NCBI RefSeq assembly: GCF_006345805.1
Contig: NC_043000.1
Coordinates: 68,696,001-68,760,000, forward strand
Reading direction: 5' to 3'
DNA length: 64,000 nucleotides
Source of the DNA: Octopus sinensis
Lineage: Eukaryota
The position numbers and the translations under genes were made by a program. Under the pieces are notes generated by a model. The model was not told the DNA's origin. It was given only the letters and a program-made list of their open reading frames with translations, and searched no databases. This document shows, piece after piece, positions 1-13,187 of the stretch (its first letter is position 1; each line of letters starts with the position of its first letter).

Positions 1-3
1 TGT

Positions 4-125
4 ATATATACGACTTCTTCTTTCAGTTTCCGTCCAACAAATCCACTCACAAGCCTTTGGTTGGTCCGGTGCCGCACGGTGGGACTGAACCTAAGTCCAC
101 TCAGTTGGTTAACGTCGAGAGCAAC
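4..125 (-). mobile_element. tRNA-derived SINE (OK/OR-like family), partial
   Basis: Matches the reverse complement of the family seen at 42,837 and 17,551 (ctttcagtttccgtc..caaatccactcacaag, gggactgaacc B-box). Confidence 0.75.
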
Positions 126-881
126 ATTTATACAAAAGTTTACATTCCTATTGCATTTACTACTCCAGCTTCCTTCCAATAATAGAGGTGTTTTATTACA
201 GTTACTCTCATATTTTTCTCTACCAGACATGAATCTAAAGAAGAAATGATACATTGAGTCAGACAGGCCCAATCTTTTGTTTGCTAACACTTCTCTAGTT
301 GCTCGAGCTTTTATGTATTTATTTATTTATTTACCGTCTACTGTCAGTGTCAGGTTTATGTAGTACACCAGCAACCACTTAACTTATAACTTTATAGAAA
401 CAAATAGGATGTTTCGCATTCGGTATGTTGGTGCATACAGTTATATTTCATATTGCTACGGCCTTCTCTTCGAACTATGACTTCAGCTAGTTTGCACCAG
501 TGGCTGGATATTATGTAATTGTCTCTCTGACGGTTAAACTTTATGAAGGGTGATAACAGGGAAATTATTGCTTTTCAACCTCCCATCTCTTGCGTGTCGA
601 AGTTTTGTGGCGATTAATACTCCTATCTAAACATTGCTTTTTAAAGTTACCAAAACAAATACTGCCTTTTGTTTGGAAACCTAAATAGAACGAAGTGATC
701 GTTAAACAGAGGCATTTCTCCTTAGCTTTATAGATGGCTATCGAATACACTGATGCGGCGTTGTTGAAGTGTTCTCACCTTCCTCGGTACATTAGTGGTA
801 TAAATGAAGAGAAATAAATTATTGAACTGATTGCTTTGGTCTGAAGTTCTTTGATTATATTCCTCAGGACCAAAGTTATCT

Positions 882-1111
882 TATTTCTTTATTGCCCACA
901 GGGGGCTAAACATAGAGAAGACAAACAAGGACAGACAAAGGGATTAAGTCGATTAGATCTACCCCAGTACGCAACAGGTACTTAATTTATCGACCTCGAA
1001 AGGATGAAAGGCAAGTCGACCTCGGCGGAATTTGGACTCAGAACGAAAAGACAGACGAAATACCTCTAAGCATTTCGCCCGGCATGCTAACGTTTCTACC
1101 ATCTCGCCGCC
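882..1111 (-). mobile_element. tRNA-derived Meta-type SINE with Tx1-like tail, flanked by a ~19-bp TSD
   Basis: Minus strand reads head ggcggcgag..., B-box-like gagtccaaattcc, central gcctttcatcctttcgaggtcgataaattaagtacc, tail ...gtgggcaataaagaaata. Flanks are ctcaggaccaaagttatct (863-881) and ttcagaaccaaagccatct (1112-1130). Confidence 0.9.
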
Positions 1112-1507
1112 TTCAGAACCAAAGCCATCTACTGAGTTATAAATCACTCATCTGTCTTCCCCACCCCTTTACTTTGCTTCTTTCCCTCTTTGTTACTTTT
1201 TCTCCACACCCTCCATCATTTCTCAGACAGTCGCCATCATAAATACTAATATTGAGTTACATCTTTTTCCATCTCTACAGAATCATCTTTCAACTAGCGA
1301 CATCTATCGCGCCTCTTGCAAATAATACTACTCGAACTAGCCAGTAGATTCCCTTCTCATTTCCACTGTATATTCTTTACCCGAAATAGAAGTCACACCT
1401 TTTCTATTTTTTAGTTTTTAAGAGACCACCTAATATATAAAACATAATTCCTGCAAATGTGAATGTCGTAGTTCTTATCTTAGTGGGGAAATACAACAAC
1501 AACAACA

Positions 1508-1561
<54 letters not shown>

Positions 1562-2428
1562 GGTAAAGAAAACATACTTCAATACTCTATTACTGTGCTA
1601 ACCATCCAACCTTTTGTTTTTAGTCCTCGTACCAAAACAGTAACAGTCACAACATCAAACAGAACAGCAATAACAATGACACCAACAAAACAAGATATCA
1701 ATAATACTCCAGAATGATGGATTCCACTGTACGTTAAAATTTCCCAAACGAACGTTTTATCAAGATTAGATCTGAGAGAAGTCATCTTATTTAATCGGAG
1801 ATGACAGATGTGAAATCAATACTGGACATTTATCTCTCCCAACTCTAATACAATTGTTGGTAAAGTTGATAGGGCTCTCTGACAACAAGAAGAGAAACAC
1901 TATCACCATTGCTGCTATCTTCGTCGTTTTGCCTACATCGTCCCTCATCGTTTGTCACAACAACTGTCATCATACTACTGCTGTGTCGCAGTGACCAAGA
2001 CATTAATGTATCGTTAGTTCGCATCCTATCACCATCGTTGAGCAGTGTTAGGAGGAAGCCCTTAAATTTCATATTCTTCATACCTCGCAGCAATAGAGTT
2101 GGTTGGGGATGACTAGTAGTGTGGTAGAAATATAAAGGTGTGTTAGTATCTACAAGGGACTCTGAATACTGTATTAGTTAGTAGATAACACACTATTGTT
2201 TGCAGAAGCTATAGAAATATAATAAAAGCTATACAAGTGTGCCAGAGAACTAGTACCTTTTGGAGTGTAAGAGTGGGCGTTGAAGAGCTATGGTGAATAT
2301 AAAGATGCAGTATTGTTTCTTGTGGTTAAGTGAAGGTGATTGACCTTGTTAATGAAACAGAGCTCTTGTGATAGTCGATGCTTATACGACTTTACTAATT
2401 TGCTAGCAGACAAAATACAATAGGAGAG

Positions 2429-2505
<77 letters not shown>

Positions 2506-2884
2506 TTTCAGCAAGGGAACGCTGAACAAATATGAAACTATCAGGCAGTTTGATTATTTGAAGCTGCAAGATCAAACTTTTTATGATCGATGTAAGTAAT
2601 TATATATATATATATATATATGTATAAACATAAACTTTCAATGTTATAAAACTTGTGTTCTTCATCTTTAACAAACATATTAGTGTCATTCCTCAAATAT
2701 TTGCAATTAAAACTGAGTTACAGAATTGTTATCGCAATTGACCCTCCTCACTACTAACAACTATTATAATCACTGGCAACCACCTCACTACTGCCGTCAC
2801 GAACACTATCGCTACTGTCTTCAGACGATTGTTTCCTGCCATTTAACAAATAAGAAAAATATGTCCTCTGGTTAGAACAACGGT

Positions 2885-3065
2885 CGGTGCTACTTTTTTG
2901 CCTCCTTGGGCATTTACAGTTTAGCGTGCAGTCTAACCCTAACCCTAAACCTAACGCTAACCCTAACCTAAAGCCCTAATCTCAATCCTAATCTTAATCC
3001 AGATCAGATAATTTCACAGTATAGACTGCGAATACTGTAGCAGAATGCACGCTAAAGTAGCCCCC
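2885..3065. repeat. Degenerate (CCCTAA)n core flanked by short inverted repeats; MITE-like
   Basis: taaccctaaccctaaacctaacgctaaccctaacc at ~2,934-3,000. Inverted repeat tttagcgtgca (2920-2930) / tgcacgctaaa (3046-3056). Confidence 0.55.
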
Positions 3066-3192
3066 AGAAATCGGGCACCTATTCTTGATAGCCAACTCTT
3101 GAACCCATTGTTTCAAGCATAGACCTGTAACAGGATTTTATCTTAATATTCTTTAGTTAGATGTACACTTTCTTACCGACTCGGCTTAGAAT

Positions 3193-3526
<334 letters not shown>

Positions 3527-3527
3527 A

Positions 3528-4989
3528 GTTTCTTTATTGGCCACACAGGGCTGCACACAGATAGGACAAATTACAAGGTAGAGCTTTTCTTTTGGGGGAT
3601 GCAAAAAAAAAAACAAAACAAACAAAAAAATGTGGCGTAGGTTTTCGATCAAAAGGGATCGTAAAAGGGAAAAAAGAAAAAGAAAAAAAGGGAAAGAAAC
3701 AAAAGAAAAGAAAAAGGAAAAAAAGAAAAAAGAGGAAAAAAGGGGAAGGAGTAAAAAAAACGATCAATAGGGATCATGTATCACAGTGTCATCATGTACG
3801 GTGTAGAGGGGGAAGCAGATAAGGTTTATCCGTGGGAAGAAAAGCCTACGAAAAAGACCACGGTAACCTCGGTCAATATTGTTATATGTTACCACATTTG
3901 TTTGCAAGTGGGTAACCCTCTGTTTTCAATTTCTGGGTTTATAGGATTATGCTCAAGGTGGCTTCGTCATTCATACGTGCCATCCTTGCTACATTCACCC
4001 ATCTTTTTTTAAAACATTCGCTAGACAAAACTTGCCTCTCTACTCTCACTTTCCTTTTCAAGTGGTACTTGAAGAAGTTGATGAGAGATTGACCAGAGAG
4101 GAAAGTGTTTGTCTCCAATCCTTTCAGACGCGTCCACCAGATACATTCTTTCGCCATAGCCACAAGGATGATGAAAATAGCTCTTCCTTCGTGTTTGAAG
4201 GAAGGAGGCGTGACAATATTGACGATAGACTCAGCTGATAAACCGACTCGTCCCATACGTGACAGCAGTTGTTCGACGTAAGCCCACAGGTCGGAAATTG
4301 TTGGACACTGCACGAGTGCGTGCAGAACGGTTTCGTCGCTCTGACCGCATCTCGGGCAGGTCGGCCCCGTGTTTCTCGAGCCGTGTCTGTAGAGCTTATC
4401 CCGAACGGGTAGCGCTTCTCGGTAGCACTGCCAGGCCAGGGATCTCTGGAAGTTGTCCATGGACCCTGGCCCGAAAGTCGTCCCGAACAGGCGGGTCAGG
4501 TATTCCTCGTCGACGTCCAGGTTCGCCCCGAGCTCGTCGTCGTACCTCCCCTCCACTAATCCCCTATAGAATGCTTTGGTTGTGATGGAGTCACTCAAGG
4601 TCGACCCAGGACGGCAGAGTTGCTTGAGAGCAACGCGACACTCGCGGTGCCATACGCCCTTCCTCGGCCTCTTTTTGATCCACGACTGCAGTTCGGTCAT
4701 AGAGACGAGCTGCAGGAAAGCGTGCCCCACAAACGGCGACCACACCTGTTCACCGTCGTCTACGAAGAGCCTGAAATGTCGCAGTCTCAGCGCGTGTCTG
4801 CGCATCATCAACCACGACATACCCAGTCCTCCTTTTAACGGGTGTTGACAGCAAATGGATCGCCTGACCATCGGGACGCATCCTTTCCACAAGAAGCGAA
4901 AGAGAATGCGTTCTAGTTTGGTGATGGTAGGGTCGGGACAAGGCACGACGGTCAGGCGGTAGTAGATGACGGACGCGATGTACGCGTTC
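3528..4989 (-). mobile_element. 5'-truncated L1/Tx1-clade LINE: ORF2 C-terminus, zf-RVT and 3' UTR
   Basis: Open frame 4,989 to 3,939 (~350 codons, no stops): IYYRLTVVPCP...LERILFRFLWKG, GGLG, SLAWQCYREALPVRDKL, CPRCGQSDETVLHALVQCP. The 3' end is ggccaataaagaaa. (GATA)n lies on both sides. Confidence 0.93.
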
Positions 4990-5147
<158 letters not shown>

Positions 5148-8029
5148 GACTGGACGGATGGATTGATCGATCGAGCTACTGAATGACAGATAAAGCATTA
5201 GTTTAATAACATATTGATCGCTTATCAATCTCTCCAATATGTAATTCCTCATGTGTGGAAGAAGACTGACACGTCAGCGTTGACAGATTTTTTTATAATG
5301 CCGATGAAGAGAAAGGTTGTTTTGAGGTTGTTATTGCTGATAGTAGCAGAAGTGATGGCGATGATGATAGTGTTGATAGTGATACTGAAGGTGTTGATAG
5401 GAGCGGTGGTTATGACAGTAGTAATGAATGGTAATATTGAAGATGACTTCAACAGTGGTGAGAGTGAGATTGCTCATAGTGATGCTAGTAGTGATGTTGT
5501 CATGACCATGTTAATAATGATGACAATGACTATTATTCACGATGTGTGAAAGCAAATGCGATTTTCGTTCTTTGTGTTCTTGGATTGCGAAATGGTAAAT
5601 CTTCATCATTAAACGTATTCATTGCTAGAAGTATTTCTCTTGTTTTTAGATTCCAGGTATGCCCTGACAGAACAAAGGTGTCGTTCAAACCGTGATCTTC
5701 CCATCTTTTATGCCGGCTATGTGTGTTCGGGACCAAAATCCGTTTCTTTTTAAGACGATAGAGTGTAGTTTGAGTGTTTTGGCTGCTATTTCTAGCAGAT
5801 CGGGTGAACATATAAAAGATACCCGAATTAGCTAGTGCTGTTGATATTAAAAGCAGATAAAATGGTGGAATAAAAGATTGTATTTTCTGCAGTGACGAGC
5901 GAAGTGGTTGGTGAAAGTTCGTAGGTTGTCTTTTACTGATGGAAAAGAGAAAGAATCTCTGTTAGATAACAGAATCCTTGAAGATGTCAGAGATGATAAA
6001 GTGGACGATTGATGGAAGGGTATCAACACCAGTTGATATGGTTCCAGATGTTATAAATTGGAAGAGGGTGCTGTTAGCAGGTCCTCATGCCAAAATTGTG
6101 TTAACGTATTCCATGCTATCGAGTGCCACGCAGTGCATAAACATTATGTATGCGTGTCACGTAGGAAGGTACACACCCAGTACTTCTAGACTTTTGGTCA
6201 CTAAGGGTGGATAGCAAGAGATAGGGAGGGATAAGGAAAAGATGCGAAGGTATATAAAATACGTATAAACAGAATAGAAAGATTAAATATGAGAAAGACA
6301 GTGGTTAGTGAATAAACGGGATGATGATGGTAGGTTTTATATATATATATATATATATGATAAAAGTTCGTGATTATTTTCAATGAGTTTGATCTTTGGA
6401 TCCATATTCTTTAGATAAACAAGACTGCAGGAGATTCTTCAATTGTATTTGTTTATGATAGTTATACACGGTTAGAGCTAAAGATATGGATCTTTTATGT
6501 TTGGCTGCCACTTTTCATTTTCTTCAATTTTTGTTCCAATTGATTTCATATTTGATGTAATTATGTAGTTTTGTAAAGTAAACATTGACATGAAATTCAT
6601 TTTCACCATAAATCAATAAATAAAGAGTTAATAGCTTTTAAAATTTGCAAATTTTGGATAATTTTAGCCAATCGAAACCAAGACATAGAGATACCTCTTC
6701 CATGGTAACAAGCCAAGCGTTGGAAAAGCGTTTACGAAAAACCAAGTGTTTACAAACTGATACTGCTTCAGAAGAGCTCTTTTTAAGGGAGTGGAAATAT
6801 GCTGTGTTTCTTGTCTTTTAGAGGAGTTAGAATGTTTGGAGGGAATTATCCAATAACTTCATTTAGCACTGTAAAGAAATACAAAGATAAGCGAAAATTC
6901 CTATTTTATCTTTTCTCAAAGGCTGTAAAATGCCATGAGATTAAAACTATTTTATTTTCGTAATGTGATTTACCTAAAAAATATTTTTCAGTATATCTTC
7001 TTTATTTCGAAACCATCTTTTGGTAAAAATTTAGAAATCAACAATTTAGATAAAACACAAAAAACAACAATGTTGGTAAAACATAGGTAAAATAAATGGT
7101 ACTTATTCTTTTTAGCTATTTTAATTTAAAATCTGTCACTAATTTCTTTATTTCTTTATTTCTTTTTGGTTTTTTTTCGTTTGTTTGTTTTAATGGACGG
7201 TCTTCAGATTTGCTTTTTGACATCTGAAATTCAGAATCTTCAAAAAGTCTTATCATCAATAAAAAAAATAGACAACTTTTTTATCAATAAAAAAATAGAT
7301 CAATTTTTTAATAAACAATGACTGATTAACGTTAGGGCGTTTTTGTTTTGCATTTTTTGTGTATTTAGATATATTTCTTTTGCACTTTGTTAGTATCTAT
7401 AGTTATATGCTCATCCTTAAAGCAATGTAACTGAAACAGAAGTACCTTAACTTTTCAAAAGTTGAAACGATTGTTTCAAATGCAAACAAAATATATTTCT
7501 TCAATACAAATGAAATGCATTTTTTACAAAAACTGCATGGAAGCTATAAATCCCCAAATCTCTTTCTGATTAATATTTAAAGAAAAAAAACCCATGTCAG
7601 TTGCTGATTCTTAATTATTTGGAGAATTCTAACATTTTAAAACAAAACTATTAACTTTCGTTTTCAAAATTTAATCTTCTTACACATAGAGCAAATATAT
7701 ATTTTCACAAATCACTCTCAGAAATATAATTACATTTGCTTGTTCGCAAAATATTCTATATATCGACGTAGGATGTTTTACAAATATTTGAATTGTAATT
7801 ATAATTTTTAAAGGAATTATATACTTAAGACTACTCTAATAAACATTAGTAATACATTACTGTTTACATAAGCATTTTGGTCAAATATCTGGCCTCAATA
7901 AATAACAATTTGCAACTTAGGCGCAGGCGTGGCTGTATGGTAAGCAGTTTCATTAATTTTATTCTGTTCCTCAGTTATTTGTGGCTGTTATCTTTGTAAG
8001 AAACTATCATAATTATATTTTTAAAGTGT

Positions 8030-8260
8030 AGCGACGAGCTGGCAGAATCGCTAGCGAATCGGCCGGAAGGCTTAGCGGAATTTCGGCTGCCGTTACGTTC
8101 TGGGTTCAAATGCTGCCGAGGTCGACTTTGCCTTTCATCCTCTCGGGGTCGATTAAATAAGTACCAGTTAGGCACTGGGGTCGATGTAATCGACTTAATC
8201 GCTTTGTCTGTCCTTGTCTCTCCTCTCTATGTTTAGTCTCTTGTAGACAATAAAGAAATA
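8030..8260 (+). mobile_element. Meta-type SINE with Tx1-like tail
   Basis: gcgacgagctggcagaatcg...gggttcaaatg...gcctttcatcctctcggggtcgattaaataagtaccag...caataaagaaata. Confidence 0.9.
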
Positions 8261-8507
8261 GATATTATAAAGGGTAGTAAACTTAGCAGAATCGTTAGAG
8301 TGAAATAATGGTTTGTAGTGTTCCTACTCTTTACATTCTGAGTCCATATCCCGCCGAGATCAACTTTGCCTTCCAGTACTCCGGGTTCAATAAAATAAAG
8401 TACCAGTCCAGTAGCCCCCTATCTTCAAAACTTAGAAAAAATATCTTATGCTAATAACAATTATGGCTACATGAAACATCTATGTAAGAAATTATTATAA
8501 TTATATA

Positions 8508-8712
8508 GGTTTCAAATTTTGGCACAAGGTCAGCAATTCTGGGGTAGGTTGTAGGCCGACTGCATCGACTCCAGTGCTCAACTGGCACTTCGATTCCGAA
8601 AGGATGAAAGGCAAAGTCGACCTCGGCGGAATTTGAACTCAGAAAGTAAAGACGGACGAAATGCCACAAAGCATTTTGTCCGGCTAGCTAACTATTCTGC
8701 CAGCTCGCAGCC
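8508..8712 (-). mobile_element. Meta-type SINE (alternative tail)
   Basis: Same head and core; tail reads ...ccttgtgccaaaatttgaaacc on the minus strand. Confidence 0.85.
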
Positions 8713-9054
8713 TTACACATCTTTATAATGATATTATATAGTATTATATTCTAATTCTCTGTAATTTTTTCCTGAATATTAAGATGACAACCAATTCCGA
8801 CAATGTCTAATCGTTGTCAATCAGTTATTTCAATATACTCTATTTAAATAGCCCTTAGGATCTAACGCTGCCCAACATTTGCCAGTTTAACATTATGGTC
8901 TTTTGGATGCTAAATGTCCATTATATCAATTTCGGTTGAACTACTCTATTCTAACCACGTTCTGAATCTATCGCGTCTTTAAAGTTGGCGTAGCTCCCTA
9001 AGATTTAAAATTTAAATATTATGTCCACATCTTAAAGACAACTAGAGATGACTT

Positions 9055-9348
9055 TTAAAATGAGAATATCTTAAATAAACTCGACTGCTCTCACAAACGA
9101 GAATATCAAAATGAACCCGACTGCTATCAAAAATTAAGTATAAAAAAAAATAGGAAAAAATAATCCGGAATCTTTGTCCGGTATCGGATCGACCTCAAAA
9201 TCTAATCAGTTCGTGCCAGTCACAAGGCCAAACATCCCTGAAAATTTGATCCGAATCCATCCAGCAGTTTTTGAGATATTGTGTCCACGGACAAACAAAC
9301 AAACACGACTGAGAACAATACCTCCACCTTCGCTAAGGCGAAGGTAAT
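9055..9348 (+). mobile_element. Non-autonomous Helitron/Helentron-like (HINE-type) element
   Basis: Ends with (aaac)n, aacaatacctcc and a 7-bp hairpin ccttcgc-taag-gcgaagg (9327-9344) followed by taat, the layout typical of HINE/DINE-like elements. Confidence 0.55.
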
Positions 9349-9400
9349 TAGAAGATAGCTGAATGGTGATTAGTTGTTATATTAAGGAGAACAAGTTAAG

Positions 9401-9611
9401 CCGGTATGCTGGCAGAATCGTTTGCACGCTGGGGAAAATGCTTTGCAGCATTTCGTCCGTTTTTTATATTTTGAGTTCAAATTCCACCGACGTAAACTCT
9501 GTCTTTCATCATTTCGGGTTGATAAAATAAGAACCAGTTGAACACTGGGGTCAATGTAACCGACTTAACCTCTTCCCCGAACTTGCTGGCCTCGTGCCAA
9601 AATTTGAAACC
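9401..9611 (+). mobile_element. Meta-type SINE
   Basis: gctggcagaatcg...gagttcaaattcc...gataaaataagaaccag...tgccaaaatttgaaacc. Confidence 0.85.
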
Positions 9612-10242
9612 GATAATAAGGAGTTCAAGGGAACATTTCATCATTTCTTCTCTTGCTTTAATAGCTTTCACCATAAAGTGAAGATATCTTGCTTCTTATT
9701 CAGATTGGCGGTATTAGATATTAATTCGTAAAGATTGTTTCTTGAATTCTTTTAAAATAAGTTTTTTGAGCTATAAACGATACATCATAAATATTGGTTA
9801 AAGCAACCAATTCCATTCAACAAAATAAAGCAAAATAAATGCTTGTGTCCAAAACCTAGTCAACAAATGTTTAATCTGTAACCTTTCTTTTTCTTCTTCA
9901 AGCTCATTTAGAATAAGTTATAATTCATTTTTCAGTATGACCTTTTCTCTAGAGATTTGTGGTAGAAAGAATCACTTCTTTGCTATTCATCAAAGCTATT
10001 CAACCATATGAATGCAGTTAATATGAATTGACATGGTTTACGGGTTTCCAAAACATTGTTAAACATATAATCCGTTTCAAAACTCATCACATCATCTGCA
10101 CCTTATAGCTCGTATTTTTTAAAAATATTTAACTGTCACAAGAGATATATTTATATTCCGTAGATATGCTCCTTTTTAACTTCATCTATAAAGGATTGAG
10201 TTACATAATATAGTGGTATGTTAATTCTAATTACTATTGTGT

Positions 10243-10690
10243 GCAGGGCTTCAGCAGGACGTACGGTTCCCAATTAGAGAATTGTTAGTGGGGCCCTCTA
10301 CTCTACAAAAGCTGAAGATTGATGTTTTATGCTTCGTATAGTACGCCAGACTCAGCCAAAAAGCGTTGAGGGCTTGTGGCTCCACCGATAGCCACAATGA
10401 TACGCTAAAAACTGAAAGCTCAGATGAAAGTTTTAATATTTTATTACAGGTCAAGATAATTATTGACAAACAGACTTTTCTGGCTCTCTTATCTGAGAAA
10501 TCTTTCAAAATCATTTCAAAGTCAAGGATTTCTTTAGATAACATCTTCAAATTAGTTAATCTCTCTTGTGAAATTGTTGACTGTAGGTATGTTTTAATCA
10601 GTTTTAGTTTTGAGAAACTTCTCCCACCTGATGCGACTGTTATGGGCATTGTTAAGTAAATCTTCAAAGCAATAAAAAACATTAGGAAAT
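10243..10690 (-). mobile_element. hAT transposase C-terminal (dimerisation domain) remnant
   Basis: LKIYLTMPITVASGGRSFSKLKLIKTYLQSTISQERLTNL matches the hAT S(A/G)ERSFS-LK-IK-YLRST--QERL motif. A possible terminal cagggc lies at ~10,244. Confidence 0.85.
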
Positions 10691-11322
10691 GTTTAATCCA
10701 TCATAGCTTCTTCCGCTCGTGTGTGTGCGCGGGGCTCAGTTTGAACAAACCATGTACTGAGAACTGCCCAATACCAATTATAATGACGAACGCTGACTGA
10801 AAAAGTCTCCAGGGGTCGTTCTTCCACTAGATAGCATAGGGCACAAAAGGATGTGCTGAGGAAGTTTTAGCTGTTATTTCTTGTTAGTACTTAGCTCTTT
10901 GTTTCACTTTGGCTCTTTTGTTGAAATCAAGCTGTTCCATCTGATATGATGCAGAATTAAAAACTTTACTAAACTGTTGTTGTTGTTGTTGTTGTTGTCT
11001 CCGTTACAGATCAGTCATGTGCTGCGGGACCAGAACAAATATTTTATTCATAAATAGGTAAATATATCCATTTCCTGTCAGTTTGTTGGTCGACCAGCCA
11101 TGGAACGAGCAACCCATAAGATATCGTGTCCACCCTTTTATTAAAACATTAATGACCACTAATATCATGCTATTGCCGACGGCTTCCTTTCGCTTAGTTT
11201 TGTTTTGTTTTTTTGTTTATTTTTCATTGTTGTTCCGGTGTTTATGTGTGGGAGTTTGGAGTGAGTGGAGTATGTGTGTGTGGGTGAGTGTGAGGGTTAG
11301 TATCAAGGTACATGTATGTGTA

Positions 11323-11375
<53 letters not shown>

Positions 11376-11611
11376 ATGTGCGTGCAGTAATATCTTAGCA
11401 TTATCGTTTACTTCCTTCCTGCCTGATTTTCTGTGAATATATGAATGTGTGTATGTATTTCTGTGGTGGTGGTGGTGGTGGTGGTGGGGTGGAATGCGTG
11501 CGTGCGCGCGTGTGTGTAAAATGTTGTAAAATCGTCTACTTTTTTAGTTACTCAGTGAATATATGTGACTGTGCGATTGTGTATATGCGTGTTCATACAA
11601 TATCTCTGATA

Positions 11612-11656
<45 letters not shown>

Positions 11657-12578
11657 TCTGCGAACTTTCTACTTGTTTAGTGTGCATATGGATATGTGTG
11701 TCTGCGTATTTCTGTGTATATATATATATATGTTACTTGTATGTATCATCTGTTTTTCGTTTTCTGCATCATATTTGACGAGTGTGTGCGAGTGTGTAAG
11801 TAAATCTGTGCGTACTTGCGATCATAATAGCGTGAGCCGTACATATTGTATGCTTTTCTATACAGGGAATATATATGAGTGCATTTGTGTGCGGTTATGT
11901 GTTTCTGTGTGCTAGTTTGCGTCTGCGTAGTACGGTGTATATATTTATATTAATGCGTGTGTATACGAGCTTGCGTTTGCTTACTAATACCTTATGCGTG
12001 TGTCTATGTATATAAGGTGTACGTTTTCATTCAGATGAAACAACATAGCCTGTGGAAAAGAAGCTAGTAATTATAATGACGACCACTCATTTTCTTAAAT
12101 GGCAGGTAACTTTCGCCGCACAATATACTATGTATTTATTTATCGCTGATTCGGCAATGGAAAGTGCCAGACTGAAATAGTTACGCCCCCGCAACTTGCT
12201 GACACTTTCGTTTATCCATCTATTTAGTTATTTATTTATTTGTTTATTTATATTTTATCACTCTTCTTTTTCTTCTTCTTCGTTCATTCATTTATTACTC
12301 GGTTATGTTAATCTTACTTCCAACAAAGATCTGCGTGACCGTAGAATAACTGACGTAAGAATTACAGGATGTGAACTGTGGTATGGGTAGTAAGTATTAG
12401 AATGGCGATAGCTTCTTTCTGCAATGAGTGGGTGTACGATGTAACGATGTTAAGGAAGGGATCTGGAAGCCGGTTTAACGGAAAGGAATGGCGTGGTGGT
12501 GTTGTCTGAGTGTCAGAAAGTATGTTACAAAATGTGTGTGTATGTGCGCCCGCCCGCTTAATTCATACGCACATACAT

Positions 12579-12626
<48 letters not shown>

Positions 12627-12783
12627 ACATATTTATATATATATATATCGTGAGAGGGTGGAGAGGGTGGAGAGAGGGAGAGATAGAGAGCTATTGGGTT
12701 TGAAATTAGGCTCATTCGATTGCATAGCTCGCATGTATTACATTTCTTCCATATTTCTATACTAGAGTCAGCAACGATATCTA

Positions 12784-12851
<68 letters not shown>

Positions 12852-12857
12852 CCTGTT

Positions 12858-12965
<108 letters not shown>

Positions 12966-13187
12966 AGCCGATTTGCCTGTCTATCAGAAATCCCACTTTC
13001 TTTCTACATTCTCTATCACACGCACTCATTATCGCATCCAAACATGCACGCATACCTTACATAGATTTAATACTACTCCCACCGCCCTTATTTTCTCTAT
13101 TTTTCTCTTCTTCAACCCAATCGTCTCTGTCTATCAATCATTCACTCAATATATTTATATATTGGTTAATTAATTAACTAATACATT

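Noticed and set aside
410-470. Hammerhead-like words on the minus strand (tcgaaga...gcgaaacatccta)
   Set aside because: No convincing stem I or stem II pairing.
1579-2093. Two minus-strand ORFs, one with a hydrophobic stretch
   Set aside because: Different frames, no recognisable domain or splice pattern; the hydrophobic part derives from degenerate (AAC)n-like sequence.
9680-10210. Coding-looking minus-strand sequence between a SINE and the hAT remnant
   Set aside because: Multiple stops in all frames and no motif I can name.
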